Positions 25,501-33,803 are shown, counted from the stretch's first letter. The stretch is 52,326 nt of DNA from a virus (IMGVR_UViG_3300042465_004150:1-52326), one strand, 5' to 3'. Notes: generated from the sequence alone by a model not told the origin. Made by a program: numbers and translations.

Positions 25501-28086
25501 CTTGAATTCATGCAGCCCAGTGCGCAAGACGTTGACATCTCCAGCCGTATTGACAAACGCGGTCCCGCCAATTGCGACCCCGTTGATGGACATGGGACTG
25601 GGGTCGGTAAACGCGACAAGACGTCCACCAAACTGGCTGTTCAAAGCACTGGCGATCTCGTTGACCGCAGCCTCCTGCGCGGGCGCGGGAGCGTTGAGCT
25701 GGGGCGCTTCTACACCATTGGAAGAAGCCCATCTGTCGAGAGTTGTTTGTGCAGCTGCTCTCGCTCTGTTGGCGTCAGGGAGTCCTGCCACTGTCGGAGC
25801 TGCGGCGTCAGACACTGCCTGTGTTTCAGGGATGGAGACGAACCCGCCTGCAACAGGCGCGGCACCTGGGGCGGCCGCTTGGGCAGCGGGCTTGGGGGTA
25901 AAAGTAACTGAGCCATCTTGGTTCTCCACCTGATCAAACTGCTGGGACAAAGTGCGCCGGTCACCCAAACGCAACTTGCCAAGCTCCTCGGGAGTGTAAG
26001 TCCTGCTTTCGATAGGAGCCCCTACAACGGGCTGAGCGGCTTGGTCAGGGGTAGCTAAGGGCGCGCCCGCGATCGGGGCTTGCTGGGCCGTTTGCTCAGC
26101 CTGGCGGGCCGTTATCTCGATGGCAGCACTGCGCCTGGTGATGGCTGGCACGGTTTCGTCACCGGCAATGGTTGTCAGCTGGTCGTCAGTAAGGTTGGCA
26201 GCAGGTTCGCCCTGGATGCGCTGGGGGCGCGGGGCGTTCAGGCGGAGTTTGTCCAGGCCGAATTGCTGCTCCACCTGGGCGTTGACCGGCGGCAGATCGA
26301 TACCTGGGATCGGCTCAACGCGGCCAGGGATTGGGGCCAACAGATCGCCTGTCAGGGTTGGCTCGACGCGGCCAGGCACCGGCGGCAGCTCGCCTGTCAA
26401 GGTTGGCTCGATGCGCGGCAGCGGCGTCATGGCGGTGCCTGGGACCAGAAGCTCATCTACTGAGCCTGCCAGGTTTTCGGCAGCGGCCACTGCGTCAGCC
26501 GCAGTGCTGGCTTGGCCAAGGTCTTGCTGAGCCTGGGCGATCTTGGCTGTCTGGGTGGGGCTGATGATGTTGTCGTCGTAGGACTGGACATCGAGAGCGC
26601 GCCGGGCAAGGGTGTCGCCAACAATGTCAAACGGTGCGGCTGGGCGGTTTAAAGCGTCCCGCACTTGCTGGCCAACAGCAACGGCTGAGAACGGGGCCGA
26701 GGTAACGGCGGCCGTGGCCATCGCTTCAGGCACGCCCTCTAAGAGCTTTTGTTTTTTGTTAACCGTTTGCGCGATGATGTTAGCGCCCAGCTGGGTGCCG
26801 CCCTCTTCAAACTGTTCACCGATAAGTTCTTTGCCAAACAGCTTTGCCGCACCCCTGGGAGTGGCCACGCTGGTCAAGGCTTTGCCTGCGCCCCTGGCGA
26901 CTATGGCTGCTTCGGCACCCATGAAACCAAGAACGCCCAGAGGGGCAGTGATGATTGCGGCCAAGCGCGCTTTGGCTGTGGCAATCTCGTCGATCGCTTC
27001 CGCAGGCGTCTTGCCTTCTGCAATCAGTTTTTGGTAGTCTGGGTTTTCTTGCCAAACGCTAGGCGGCGTTTGCTTAGGGTCGATCAGCTTCTCGTAGACG
27101 TTGCCAGCAGCATCGCCAGCGGTCATCACCGTGGCGGCTGTCAAACCACCAGCGGTTGCGCCAGCGGCCCGAGCACCCGCCTGAAGCGCGCCGCCACTGA
27201 TGGCTTCGCTGAGCGCAACGGCTGGGCTGACTCTGGTGGCCACGCCAACGCCGCCACCGGCAATGGCAGTGCCGACCTTAGCCAAGCCCATAATGCCCAA
27301 GAAGTTGGGCACCTGTTTGGCTGCTTCAGAAAGGCCAAGCGCGGGGTTGGTCACCAGGCTTTCAATTGTTGAAAGGTACTTGCCAAAGAAGCCCTCTTCG
27401 CTTTGAACGCGTTCGCGCATCTGATCGCGCTGGGCTTTCATCACATCTGATTCTTGCGCTTGCAATTCTTTTTGCGTCTCGCGCAAAGTCTGGGCCAGCG
27501 AGCTGCCAGGAGCGACGATGTTGGTCGGAAGTTGGACCAGGCTTACTGCGCCTTGGGCCAAGGGTCCTGCCAATTGGTCAATTGTCCATTCGCCAAATGT
27601 GCGGAATTCATCGGCCTTGGCGTCTCGCGCAGCCCGCACGTTGACCGGGTTGTTTGCGCGCTCAATCAGATCAGCAAAAGAAGGGGCCTTTTTTTCGGCC
27701 ATTCCGGCTGCCGTCTTTCGGACCGTCTTGTCTTCAGTGGTCAGGATGCCGCTGCGCAAAAGGTCAGCTTTTGCTGCGGTCCCTTGGCTGATTGGTCCTG
27801 CGCCATACGACAACCGACGATCGATTTCGGATTGCTTTTCTTGCGGTGTAAACGCCACGGTTTCCAGCACGCTCTTAGATTCCGGTTTGAGGAAATCGCC
27901 AACGCGCTGGATGAGGCCCCGATTATCGATAGCCGGTGGATTTACAAAACCTCGACCGCCCCCTGCCTCAGAAGGGCGAACGCCCTCCGGCAATTCACGC
28001 TTCCCCGTGTCTAACTCGCCCGTGAAAAGGGTATAGCCGGGGCTTTCTTCGTCGTCCAGCTGGCCGTTAAAAAGTTGATAGGCCAT
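22570..28086 (-). CDS. large polyvalent (probably ejected) protein: N-terminal helical region, HExxH metallopeptidase, ART-like domain, HhH-glycosylase-like domain
   Basis: GLHEFKH...EMTAD (~25030-25680); RHYS..RIYFY..E..GFDGY (~24500-24880); WYD..AISSQ..GPKIG.GFYSNL..VTMDMW..LQALIW (~22970-24130). Confidence 0.8.
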   Translation of the reverse strand: MAYQLFNGQLDDEESPGYTLFTGELDTGKRELPEGVRPSEAGGGRGFVNPPAIDNRGLIQRVGDFLKPESKSVLETVAFTPQEKQSEIDRRLSYGAGPISQGTAAKADLLRSGILTTEDKTVRKTAAGMAEKKAPSFADLIERANNPVNVRAARDAKADEFRTFGEWTIDQLAGPLAQGAVSLVQLPTNIVAPGSSLAQTLRETQKELQAQESDVMKAQRDQMRERVQSEEGFFGKYLSTIESLVTNPALGLSEAAKQVPNFLGIMGLAKVGTAIAGGGVGVATRVSPAVALSEAISGGALQAGARAAGATAGGLTAATVMTAGDAAGNVYEKLIDPKQTPPSVWQENPDYQKLIAEGKTPAEAIDEIATAKARLAAIITAPLGVLGFMGAEAAIVARGAGKALTSVATPRGAAKLFGKELIGEQFEEGGTQLGANIIAQTVNKKQKLLEGVPEAMATAAVTSAPFSAVAVGQQVRDALNRPAAPFDIVGDTLARRALDVQSYDDNIISPTQTAKIAQAQQDLGQASTAADAVAAAENLAGSVDELLVPGTAMTPLPRIEPTLTGELPPVPGRVEPTLTGDLLAPIPGRVEPIPGIDLPPVNAQVEQQFGLDKLRLNAPRPQRIQGEPAANLTDDQLTTIAGDETVPAITRRSAAIEITARQAEQTAQQAPIAGAPLATPDQAAQPVVGAPIESRTYTPEELGKLRLGDRRTLSQQFDQVENQDGSVTFTPKPAAQAAAPGAAPVAGGFVSIPETQAVSDAAAPTVAGLPDANRARAAAQTTLDRWASSNGVEAPQLNAPAPAQEAAVNEIASALNSQFGGRLVAFTDPSPMSINGVAIGGTAFVNTAGDVNVLRTGLHEFKHTVEQIAAAETSAGLTDTPAQKFTASIDSVFDDMTDEGKRAYVENFLHRDELIKIADPAAREQRVQQLLTSDNLKSEMTADFLGNRATDKAFWADVAKADPQGFKGFVSKWVGIIDNLLQTLRGSKDQGRKESAKVDKYIRDLNRAKMVARDALVAYNKGALGAVNGQRIDGIARSEIQPSVAGAIGQLSEEGGGGPAPSYGTARQGAVSVIGRHYSTAPRQVLSGAYYGRGLKGAERNRLDSSPDPRLKNRIYFYVDKGAGIRPESGVGGIAHEVNLQNIYDPETRLIKPQADANAFESAVINAGFDGYIAPFGNNQSAVVLLGMKHKAVPVRALGQVPSAAAPEAAAPTKLTKGLLSREANAIDVTKIPGAQVRMGNLEIPADQAEAANTELERIGSDVRFAKKQQAPFVGPPVPKDFGVYQDVAKSLKMSDAEYNASALPMMTGLTKDQTFQAPRIGGVPEVVQWLDARRAESGLPILDIKKPEDREVLAKLLSAEAVAAIRSAGNAVEWYDETVAKTLRIMAVKYPELNTDPAARNAFLMAVAISSQTMNVEDNLRYASKQYEAYRASVNAQGVSKFPEVGTGKSAPAMGNNFALANDVLAEMGPDLLRRFLQTEFTKRDLETMGFPIGGESMDEKMLGSAIFGPKIGFGFYSNLTGNFEPVTMDMWFMRTVGRLAGTLPAFDPVLFPKQVAKLRAALAETGPASVGLYADQFDKAIVDEAMKTDAGAVALARQVNSLHNRQFIKERAAFDSGARKKTALVGAAGAIIKSAEKPKDAPKSGGERQLLRDVVRQMVDKVEAETGKRVPPAALQALIWYPEQELYKKLGVKLRVTSQDYAGAAKSLLTKEGFDGKRISAAAKSGPGPARQVAGKSVAGANKQAGQPSSPSGPLGGADRQTFIEQRTYRVRADEVVGQSLEDIFQALDKRGLAKTKAEVAYTARPDGPQIKYIQDNWLDILSELDDSGLVKINCK
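22752..22937 (-). CDS. nested +1-frame 61-aa ORF (MENESAQQPNLDQDQHDKWLASRSREQISRL...)
   Basis: AAAGAAGG-ttttg-ATG; starts right after the HhH-like domain; amphipathic helical sequence. Confidence 0.45.
   Translation of the reverse strand: MENESAQQPNLDQDQHDKWLASRSREQISRLASRAAQAARLAEQTGKLLSSNELTESEPTK
24828..25004 (-). CDS. nested +1-frame 58-aa ORF (MDNESMALQEVKSNQALQAQLDNYLRKVGAV...)
   Basis: GGGAG-cagtaa-ATG; spans the linker into the ART-like domain; below the ORF-track cutoff. Confidence 0.5.
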   Translation of the reverse strand: MDNESMALQEVKSNQALQAQLDNYLRKVGAVRPLATEQPAKAQSPLSADITQRPPVKF

Positions 28087-29249
28087 TATCTTTGGATGTA
28101 TCTTGTGCCGTCAGGCAATGCATACACATTCTTTCCGTTGCTCTTTCCAATAAGAGTTGCGCCAGCGGGTAAGGTTTTAACTGTGGGCGCTGCCTCGGCT
28201 TTGGGCGCACCAGGCTCAGGCTTGGGCTTGGGCGTACCCTTCTCGTCTATCTGCCCTTTGAGCAAAGACATCGCCTTGTCGCGCAAAACAACGGCGTCGT
28301 CATACTGACGCTGCCATTCGGCCTTGGCCTCGGGCGTGCTGCCCTTGCTGCCCTCTTGCAACGACTTGATCGTGGTGTTGGCAGAGTTGACCATGGTCGT
28401 CAACCGATCAGCGCCTTTGCGGTTGAACATGCCGCTTTCAATCTCGGCCGCGATCTTGGTAATTTCTGCGTTGTACTTTTTGGCCAATGCGCCTTGAGCG
28501 CCAGCTTGCGCCACGTTCTCGGTGATCTGCGATTGACCGACAGGCGTGACCTTGCTTGTGCCGGTGTACTGGTTAAATTGCATGCCGTCTTTGACTTCGA
28601 CCAAAGGCTTGCCGCCTATGACCGCAACGGCTTGGCCGCCGACGGGCGCAGTTTCTGGGCTCGTGTACGCCTTTTCCCCAATGCTGGTTATGAGGCCAGT
28701 CTGACGACCCTTTTGGACATCATCAAAAGCTGGGCCTAATGCGTAGGACTCGATGATTGCACCGATCTGTTTGCGCTTTGCATCGGCGTACTCTTTGAAT
28801 TGCGGCGGCAACCTTGAGACCGTAGACTCTTCTCCAGAAGGGCCAATGTCAATCTCGTCTTTCATAAACGGGGTGAAATCGCCGGTCGTGTCTGCCTTGC
28901 GAAATCTTTGATATTCCGGCAAAGTCATGCCGGAATTCATGGCAATTATGCTTTCGGCTTTACCCCCTGGACTCAAATCTTCCAAAGCAATACCACCCTT
29001 GCCGCCGCCGCCGCTACTGCTGCCGCCGCCTGCGCCGACAGCCTTTTTGTAAAGCGCGTTTTGGCTTTCGCGAAATTCACGATTGGCCAAGTCGTTCGCT
29101 TCACGATAGGCCAACTCCTCGCGGCGAAGTGTCATCCGAGCTTCGCGATCTTCTCTGGCCGTCTCGGCCTTCATCAGAAAGCTGGCCATGGTTGATCCCG
29201 CATCGGCAAGCCCTTTGCCGAAACCGGCCCACATCAATGCGTCAGACAT
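28086..29249 (-). CDS. putative internal virion/ejection protein
   Basis: AGFGKGLA N-terminus, Gly-rich linker, C-terminal VYALPDG; position in the ejection cluster. Confidence 0.7.
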   Translation of the reverse strand: MSDALMWAGFGKGLADAGSTMASFLMKAETAREDREARMTLRREELAYREANDLANREFRESQNALYKKAVGAGGGSSSGGGGKGGIALEDLSPGGKAESIIAMNSGMTLPEYQRFRKADTTGDFTPFMKDEIDIGPSGEESTVSRLPPQFKEYADAKRKQIGAIIESYALGPAFDDVQKGRQTGLITSIGEKAYTSPETAPVGGQAVAVIGGKPLVEVKDGMQFNQYTGTSKVTPVGQSQITENVAQAGAQGALAKKYNAEITKIAAEIESGMFNRKGADRLTTMVNSANTTIKSLQEGSKGSTPEAKAEWQRQYDDAVVLRDKAMSLLKGQIDEKGTPKPKPEPGAPKAEAAPTVKTLPAGATLIGKSNGKNVYALPDGTRYIQR

Positions 29250-29260
29250 GTTCTCGCTCC

Positions 29261-29719
29261 TTATTGGGTAAAGACGGCAGGATCAATTTGGTCCATGCCT
29301 TGCTGCAACTGGGTCGTGTCAACACCGTTCTCGCCAAGGTAGCGCAGCAGCATGTCTTTGAATGCTCCAGCAGCTTCTTCCGGTCTGATGTCCATCTTTG
29401 CAGCCTGGCCAATGTCCATCACTTCTTTCAAGATGGCCATGGCCAGCAAAGCAACAAGCTCACGGGGAACCTTGCCACCGGTGCGTTCGTCCACCACGCT
29501 GGTGATCTCGTAAGCAATAGTGGCCAGGCCCTCTTGCTTGTCGGGAGATGTGCGCAGCTGCTCGGCAATGTCTTTTGCAGCGCCTTCCTTGTACATCACC
29601 TGCAAAGCAAACTTCATCGCTTGAAGAAACTGAGGATTGTTTTCGTCTGCTTGAGATTCGTCACCGCCCTGGTCGGCCATTTGGCCAGTGGGGATTTGCT
29701 TTGAAATTATTCCGTCCAT
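29261..29719 (-). CDS. hypothetical virion-associated protein
   Basis: AAGGA RBS; acidic helical 152 aa. Confidence 0.75.
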   Translation of the reverse strand: MDGIISKQIPTGQMADQGGDESQADENNPQFLQAMKFALQVMYKEGAAKDIAEQLRTSPDKQEGLATIAYEITSVVDERTGGKVPRELVALLAMAILKEVMDIGQAAKMDIRPEEAAGAFKDMLLRYLGENGVDTTQLQQGMDQIDPAVFTQ

Positions 29720-29734
29720 GATGTGTCCTTTTGA

Positions 29735-29992
29735 TTATTTGGTGAGCTGCATCGTTTTTGAAATCAAACCTTTTTGGCCCGACTGCTGATAGGTGTTAGT
29801 TGTTACTGCCCTAGGTTGCGGGCGATCCCCGGTTTGCTGCTCGGCAGTCAACCCGCCCGTGGTTGGCTTTCCCGGACTTTGGCCTGTTTGCACGCCAGCC
29901 ACGTTCATCGAGTTGGTGCCAGAAGACAAATCCATTGCTGGCGTTGGAGCCATTGATCTAACCGCTGATGGGTCGATGCCGGGGCGTTGCAT
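29735..29992 (-). CDS. small low-complexity protein
   Basis: tightly packed ORF; C-terminal KGLISKTM. Confidence 0.6.
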   Translation of the reverse strand: MQRPGIDPSAVRSMAPTPAMDLSSGTNSMNVAGVQTGQSPGKPTTGGLTAEQQTGDRPQPRAVTTNTYQQSGQKGLISKTMQLTK

Positions 29993-29995
29993 GTT

Positions 29996-30292
29996 TCAGT
30001 ACCCGCGAATGTTGTTGCTGATCAAACCTTTCGGCTCCGGTGGTTTCCACCAAGCCGTGCCCGAGTCCATGTCTTGAAGCATGGGCGGGGGCGCGTAGCT
30101 GCGGTTAGTCTTTGCAGTGCCAGCGGCTTGAGGGGGCGGTTCGGTTGCGGTTGCGTTTGCATTTACAGCCGTGGGTTTGTCCCACAAACGCGCGTAGGGC
30201 GCGTCTTTCTTGGCTTGAGCCGCAGCAGCCGCAGCAGCCGCAGCAGCGGCTTCTTCCTCTGCGGCTACACGTATGATTTTTTTATAGGCCAT
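29996..30292 (-). CDS. small Ala-rich protein, paralog of 30296-30562
   Basis: shares PYxRLW, PPPMxQDMDxGxAWW and GLI motifs. Confidence 0.7.
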   Translation of the reverse strand: MAYKKIIRVAAEEEAAAAAAAAAAAQAKKDAPYARLWDKPTAVNANATATEPPPQAAGTAKTNRSYAPPPMLQDMDSGTAWWKPPEPKGLISNNIRGY

Positions 30293-30295
30293 GGC

Positions 30296-30562
30296 TTACC
30301 CCTGGATGGTGGTGGAAGGCATGCGCCCAACACCGCGCCCCGGTGTTGCTAGGGCCATGTTGCGATTGATTAAACCGTTTGATGCTTGAGGATTCCACCA
30401 GGCAGCACCGGCGTCCATGTCCTGAACCATGGGTGGGGGCGTGTTTTGGCCCCACAAACGCTCGTAGGGTTCAGCTTTTTTGGCTTCAGCCGCAGCGGCG
30501 TCGGCAGCCTGTTGCGACGCCAACATCTCTCTGGCGCGCTCTATGAAAGGCTTGAAGTCCAT
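30296..30562 (-). CDS. small protein, paralog of 29996-30292
   Basis: PYERLW, PPPMVQDMDAGAAWW, NGLINRNM. Confidence 0.7.
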   Translation of the reverse strand: MDFKPFIERAREMLASQQAADAAAAEAKKAEPYERLWGQNTPPPMVQDMDAGAAWWNPQASNGLINRNMALATPGRGVGRMPSTTIQG

Positions 30563-30572
30563 GGCTTACCCC

Positions 30573-31577
30573 TTATGCGTAGCCGGGTGGCAGACGGCCG
30601 ACACCGTACCCTGGGGGCATCTGCGGCATCTGAGCGGTCGGCATGTTGCGGTTGATCAGGCCAGTGGGCTGAGGTTGAGCCTGTTGCGCCCAATACGGTG
30701 TGTAGCCTTGGGATCGTTGTGGGTTCCACAAGGACCCACCGACGTTGGTGTTGTATCGGTCGTAAGCCTCTTGGCGCAAACGCGCTTGGGTCTCAGCCTC
30801 ATACTGGCGCTGATCTTCCATAGCCTTTTGCTGGTTTGCGCCAGCGATCATGCCGCCGACCACTTGCGTGCCACCTGCGATAGCGCCGTACTGGACCAAG
30901 GGGTTGGCAAACATGCCGCCAGCAGCAGCGGGTGCGCCTGCCCCCGCTCCTCCGACATAGACAGACGGGATTTTGCTGCCAATGCCAGCGCCAAGCCCAG
31001 ACGTGCTTCCAACTCCTGCTCCTGCACCACCGCCCGTGCCCATGGTCAGACCCTGAGCAGCTCCAGTGCCCCCAGGTGCCGCAATGACCCCGCCGGGTGC
31101 CGCGCCTGCGCCTGCGCCTGCGCCTGCGCCTGCGCCTGCGCCCGCGCCCGCGCCTGCGCCCGTACCAGCTCCGCCACTCAGTACTGCGCTGCCTGTAGTC
31201 ATCGCTGCCGGAGCAACGGTCGCTCCGCCAGCAGCGCCAGCAGCGCCAAAGGTGTTGCCAATAGTGCTGGCAGCTTGGCCAAAGTTACCGGCCATGGTGG
31301 CGCTCCAGGCGGTGGATAGCCCTGACGCCGCGCTACTGACCCCGGCCCCCATGCCCGAGAGGAAACTCCCTCCCGCAGCAGATGAGCCAAAGCCCCCGGC
31401 CAGAGCCGCGCCTCCAAAGTAAACAGCCGCCGCAATGACGACGGCTTTGCCCAGGGGCGATTTGCCGATCTCGCTGGCCAAGTTGCTCACGCCCTTGGCG
31501 GCATTGCTGATGGCGTTGACAGCGCCCTTGACGACGCCGCCAATGGCGTCGCCGACTCCTTGAACTGCTTTTGACAT
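30573..31577 (-). CDS. Gly/Ala-rich ejection or pilot-like protein
   Basis: amphipathic N-terminus, hydrophobic VVIAAAVYFGGAAL, (GA)n tract, QQKAMEDQRQ coil. Confidence 0.75.
   Translation of the reverse strand: MSKAVQGVGDAIGGVVKGAVNAISNAAKGVSNLASEIGKSPLGKAVVIAAAVYFGGAALAGGFGSSAAGGSFLSGMGAGVSSAASGLSTAWSATMAGNFGQAASTIGNTFGAAGAAGGATVAPAAMTTGSAVLSGGAGTGAGAGAGAGAGAGAGAGAGAAPGGVIAAPGGTGAAQGLTMGTGGGAGAGVGSTSGLGAGIGSKIPSVYVGGAGAGAPAAAGGMFANPLVQYGAIAGGTQVVGGMIAGANQQKAMEDQRQYEAETQARLRQEAYDRYNTNVGGSLWNPQRSQGYTPYWAQQAQPQPTGLINRNMPTAQMPQMPPGYGVGRLPPGYA
31102..31161. repeat. hexanucleotide microsatellite (GCGCCY)x10 encoding (GA)10
   Basis: counted directly from the sequence. Confidence 0.9.
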
Positions 31578-31579
31578 GA

Positions 31580-32020
31580 TTAGATTCCTCGCACGTAACA
31601 GAGATTTACGGATTCCCTGGCAAAGCCAAGGCGTTTAAAAAGACGGATCAGGCGTGGGTCCACTTCTGGCTCCAGGGTAAGAGTCGCGACCTTGATGGCG
31701 GACCGGCCTTTGAGCCAATTTGCGAATTCACGGATCAAGCGAATGCCTGCACCCTTAACCAGCGAATAGTACAAAAGCACAGAGCACTGCATCTTGTCGT
31801 ACCAAAAGCTCTTTTGCACGCATGCGCCAAACACAGCCACGACTTTGCCATTCTCGTCTTCCGCCACCCAGGCAAAGTGCGCTGGGTTGATACACGCCTG
31901 GGCCATCCGTGCCATCGCTTCGCGGTCTATCTTGACCGGCAAAGGATTGTTTGACACCGAGATCACGGCTATTTCTACGATGGCCGGGATGTCTTGGAAT
32001 TTGGCTTTGCGATAGATCAT
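31580..32020 (-). CDS. GNAT-fold acetyltransferase-like protein of the virion module
   Basis: IYRKAKFQDIPAI, WVAEDENGKVV, GAGIRLIREF, LFKRLGF. Confidence 0.75.
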   Translation of the reverse strand: MIYRKAKFQDIPAIVEIAVISVSNNPLPVKIDREAMARMAQACINPAHFAWVAEDENGKVVAVFGACVQKSFWYDKMQCSVLLYYSLVKGAGIRLIREFANWLKGRSAIKVATLTLEPEVDPRLIRLFKRLGFARESVNLCYVRGI

Positions 32021-33786
32021 TTCGGCGTAGTCATCTCAGGGATGGTTGTGCTGTAAAACGTGTTTGCCCATTTGATCTGAGCATTGGCGTAGTCGACCGC
32101 GTTTTGGATCGCCCGGCTTTTGGGGCTTGTTCCAGTTGCGTCTTTTACCGCGCTAAGGGTGGAATCTGCGATCAGGGTGTTCACTTTGTCCAGGGTAACT
32201 GTGCTGATATTGGCAGCATAGGTCTTGGGCAGGTTTGCCGTGTTAAGCGTGTTCTGCAAATTCGTGATCGCCGTCTGTTGTGTGCGGTCAAGCGAAGATT
32301 GCAAGGATTGAAATGTTTGCTGGTTTGTGGCCAGAGTCTTTTGCGCTTCAATGTTCTTGTCCGCAATAGCAGTCTGCTGTGTACGGTCAAGTTCAGACTG
32401 AGCTTTTTGGAAAGTCTGCTGAGCATCTTGCAAAGCCTTTTGAGCAAGGACGCTCTTATCCGTAATTGCAGTTTGCTGCTTACGGTCAAGATCAGCTTGA
32501 GCCGATTGGAAAGTCTGTTGAGCCGTTTGCAAAGCTGTTTGCTGAGTACGTGCAGTTGCAGCCTCGGTTTTTTCAAACGCCTGTTGATTGGCTTGAAACG
32601 TGTTTTGCTGACTGCGGTCAAGCACTGCCTGCGCTTCTTGAAACTTCTGCTGGGCCGTTTGCAAGTTGGCTTGAGCGGTGACGCTCTTGTCAGCAAGCGC
32701 CGTTTGTTGAGCGCGGTCAAGATCAGATTGGGCCTGGGTAAAGGTCTGCTGAGCCGTTTGCAAAGCAGTTTGCTGATTACGATCAAGGGTAGATTGAGCT
32801 GCTTGAAAAGCCTGTTGAGCCGTTTGCAAGGCTGTTTGAGCGGCAACGCTCTTGTCGGCAAGCGCCGTCTGCTGCGCGCGGTCCAGGTTGGACTGAGCTT
32901 GCGTAAAGGTTTGTTGAGCCGTTTGCAGAGCAGTCTGCGCTTCGATGTTCTTGTCGGCAATCGATGTCTGCTGGGCGCGATCAAGAGTAGCTTGAGCCGC
33001 CTGGAAATTCTGACGAGCGATCTCCAGGTTTCTTGTGGCCTCAACACTTTTATCAGCCAAAGATATTTGGGTTGCGCGATCAAGCTCAGACTCAGCTTTT
33101 GTAAACGCTTGCTGAGCCAGCTGTGTGCTGGTTTGAAAGACCTGTTCGCTTTTCTGCAACTCGGTTTGTTGAGTACGGTTCAAAGCGTTTTGAGCCGAGT
33201 CAAAATTCTGCTGGGCCTTTTGCAAATTGGCCGTAGCCTCAACGCTCTTGTCCGACAAAGACGTTTGCTGGGCACGGTCAAGCTGGGCTTGGGCAGCTTG
33301 AAAATTCTGGGTGAGTTGGTTTTGTTCGGCAGTGAATTTTTGGCCGCTCATCTCCAGGCCAAATTTGTTTTGCTCGCCGACGTTGAATTGGCCGCCGGTA
33401 TTGAATGCGGCCTGGTTGGCCGTGGCCCGATTGGCATAGATGGCCGCATCAGCCGCTGCAATTGGGGTGGCTTTCTCCAGCATGGCGGCCACACCTGCAC
33501 CCTGGCTCATCGAGCTGTTGATCAAGCCCCTTTGGGCCATGCCCTGGGTGGCCTGCGTCCTGGCCAGCTGCATGAGCGGGCTGTCCTTGGACAGAATGGA
33601 CTGCAATTGCCCAGCCGTGGTCTCGGTACCGGGCTTGACTTCGCGCTCTTGTGCGCCAAATTGAGCCGCAGTGGACATGGTCCCAGGGACCGTGGTGCCG
33701 GGAGCTGGAGGCGTGGCGGGGCCTGTCAGGGCTGCGCCGGTAGTGTTACCGGTTTGAATGTCAAAAGGATTTGCAGCTGTCGCCAT
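32017..33786 (-). CDS. Gln/Ala/Thr-rich repetitive coiled-coil ejection (DNA pilot) protein
   Basis: GGAG RBS before ATG 33786; RGLINSSM; 11/22/33-residue repeats QQTALQTAQQTFQxAQxxLDR. Confidence 0.8.
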   Translation of the reverse strand: MATAANPFDIQTGNTTGAALTGPATPPAPGTTVPGTMSTAAQFGAQEREVKPGTETTAGQLQSILSKDSPLMQLARTQATQGMAQRGLINSSMSQGAGVAAMLEKATPIAAADAAIYANRATANQAAFNTGGQFNVGEQNKFGLEMSGQKFTAEQNQLTQNFQAAQAQLDRAQQTSLSDKSVEATANLQKAQQNFDSAQNALNRTQQTELQKSEQVFQTSTQLAQQAFTKAESELDRATQISLADKSVEATRNLEIARQNFQAAQATLDRAQQTSIADKNIEAQTALQTAQQTFTQAQSNLDRAQQTALADKSVAAQTALQTAQQAFQAAQSTLDRNQQTALQTAQQTFTQAQSDLDRAQQTALADKSVTAQANLQTAQQKFQEAQAVLDRSQQNTFQANQQAFEKTEAATARTQQTALQTAQQTFQSAQADLDRKQQTAITDKSVLAQKALQDAQQTFQKAQSELDRTQQTAIADKNIEAQKTLATNQQTFQSLQSSLDRTQQTAITNLQNTLNTANLPKTYAANISTVTLDKVNTLIADSTLSAVKDATGTSPKSRAIQNAVDYANAQIKWANTFYSTTIPEMTTPK

Positions 33787-33803
33787 TGATTGCTCCACTT
33801 GTG

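Noticed and set aside
31951-33789. 612-aa + strand ORF
   Set aside because: Leu-rich antisense shadow of the Gln-rich repeat gene; no RBS or domain features
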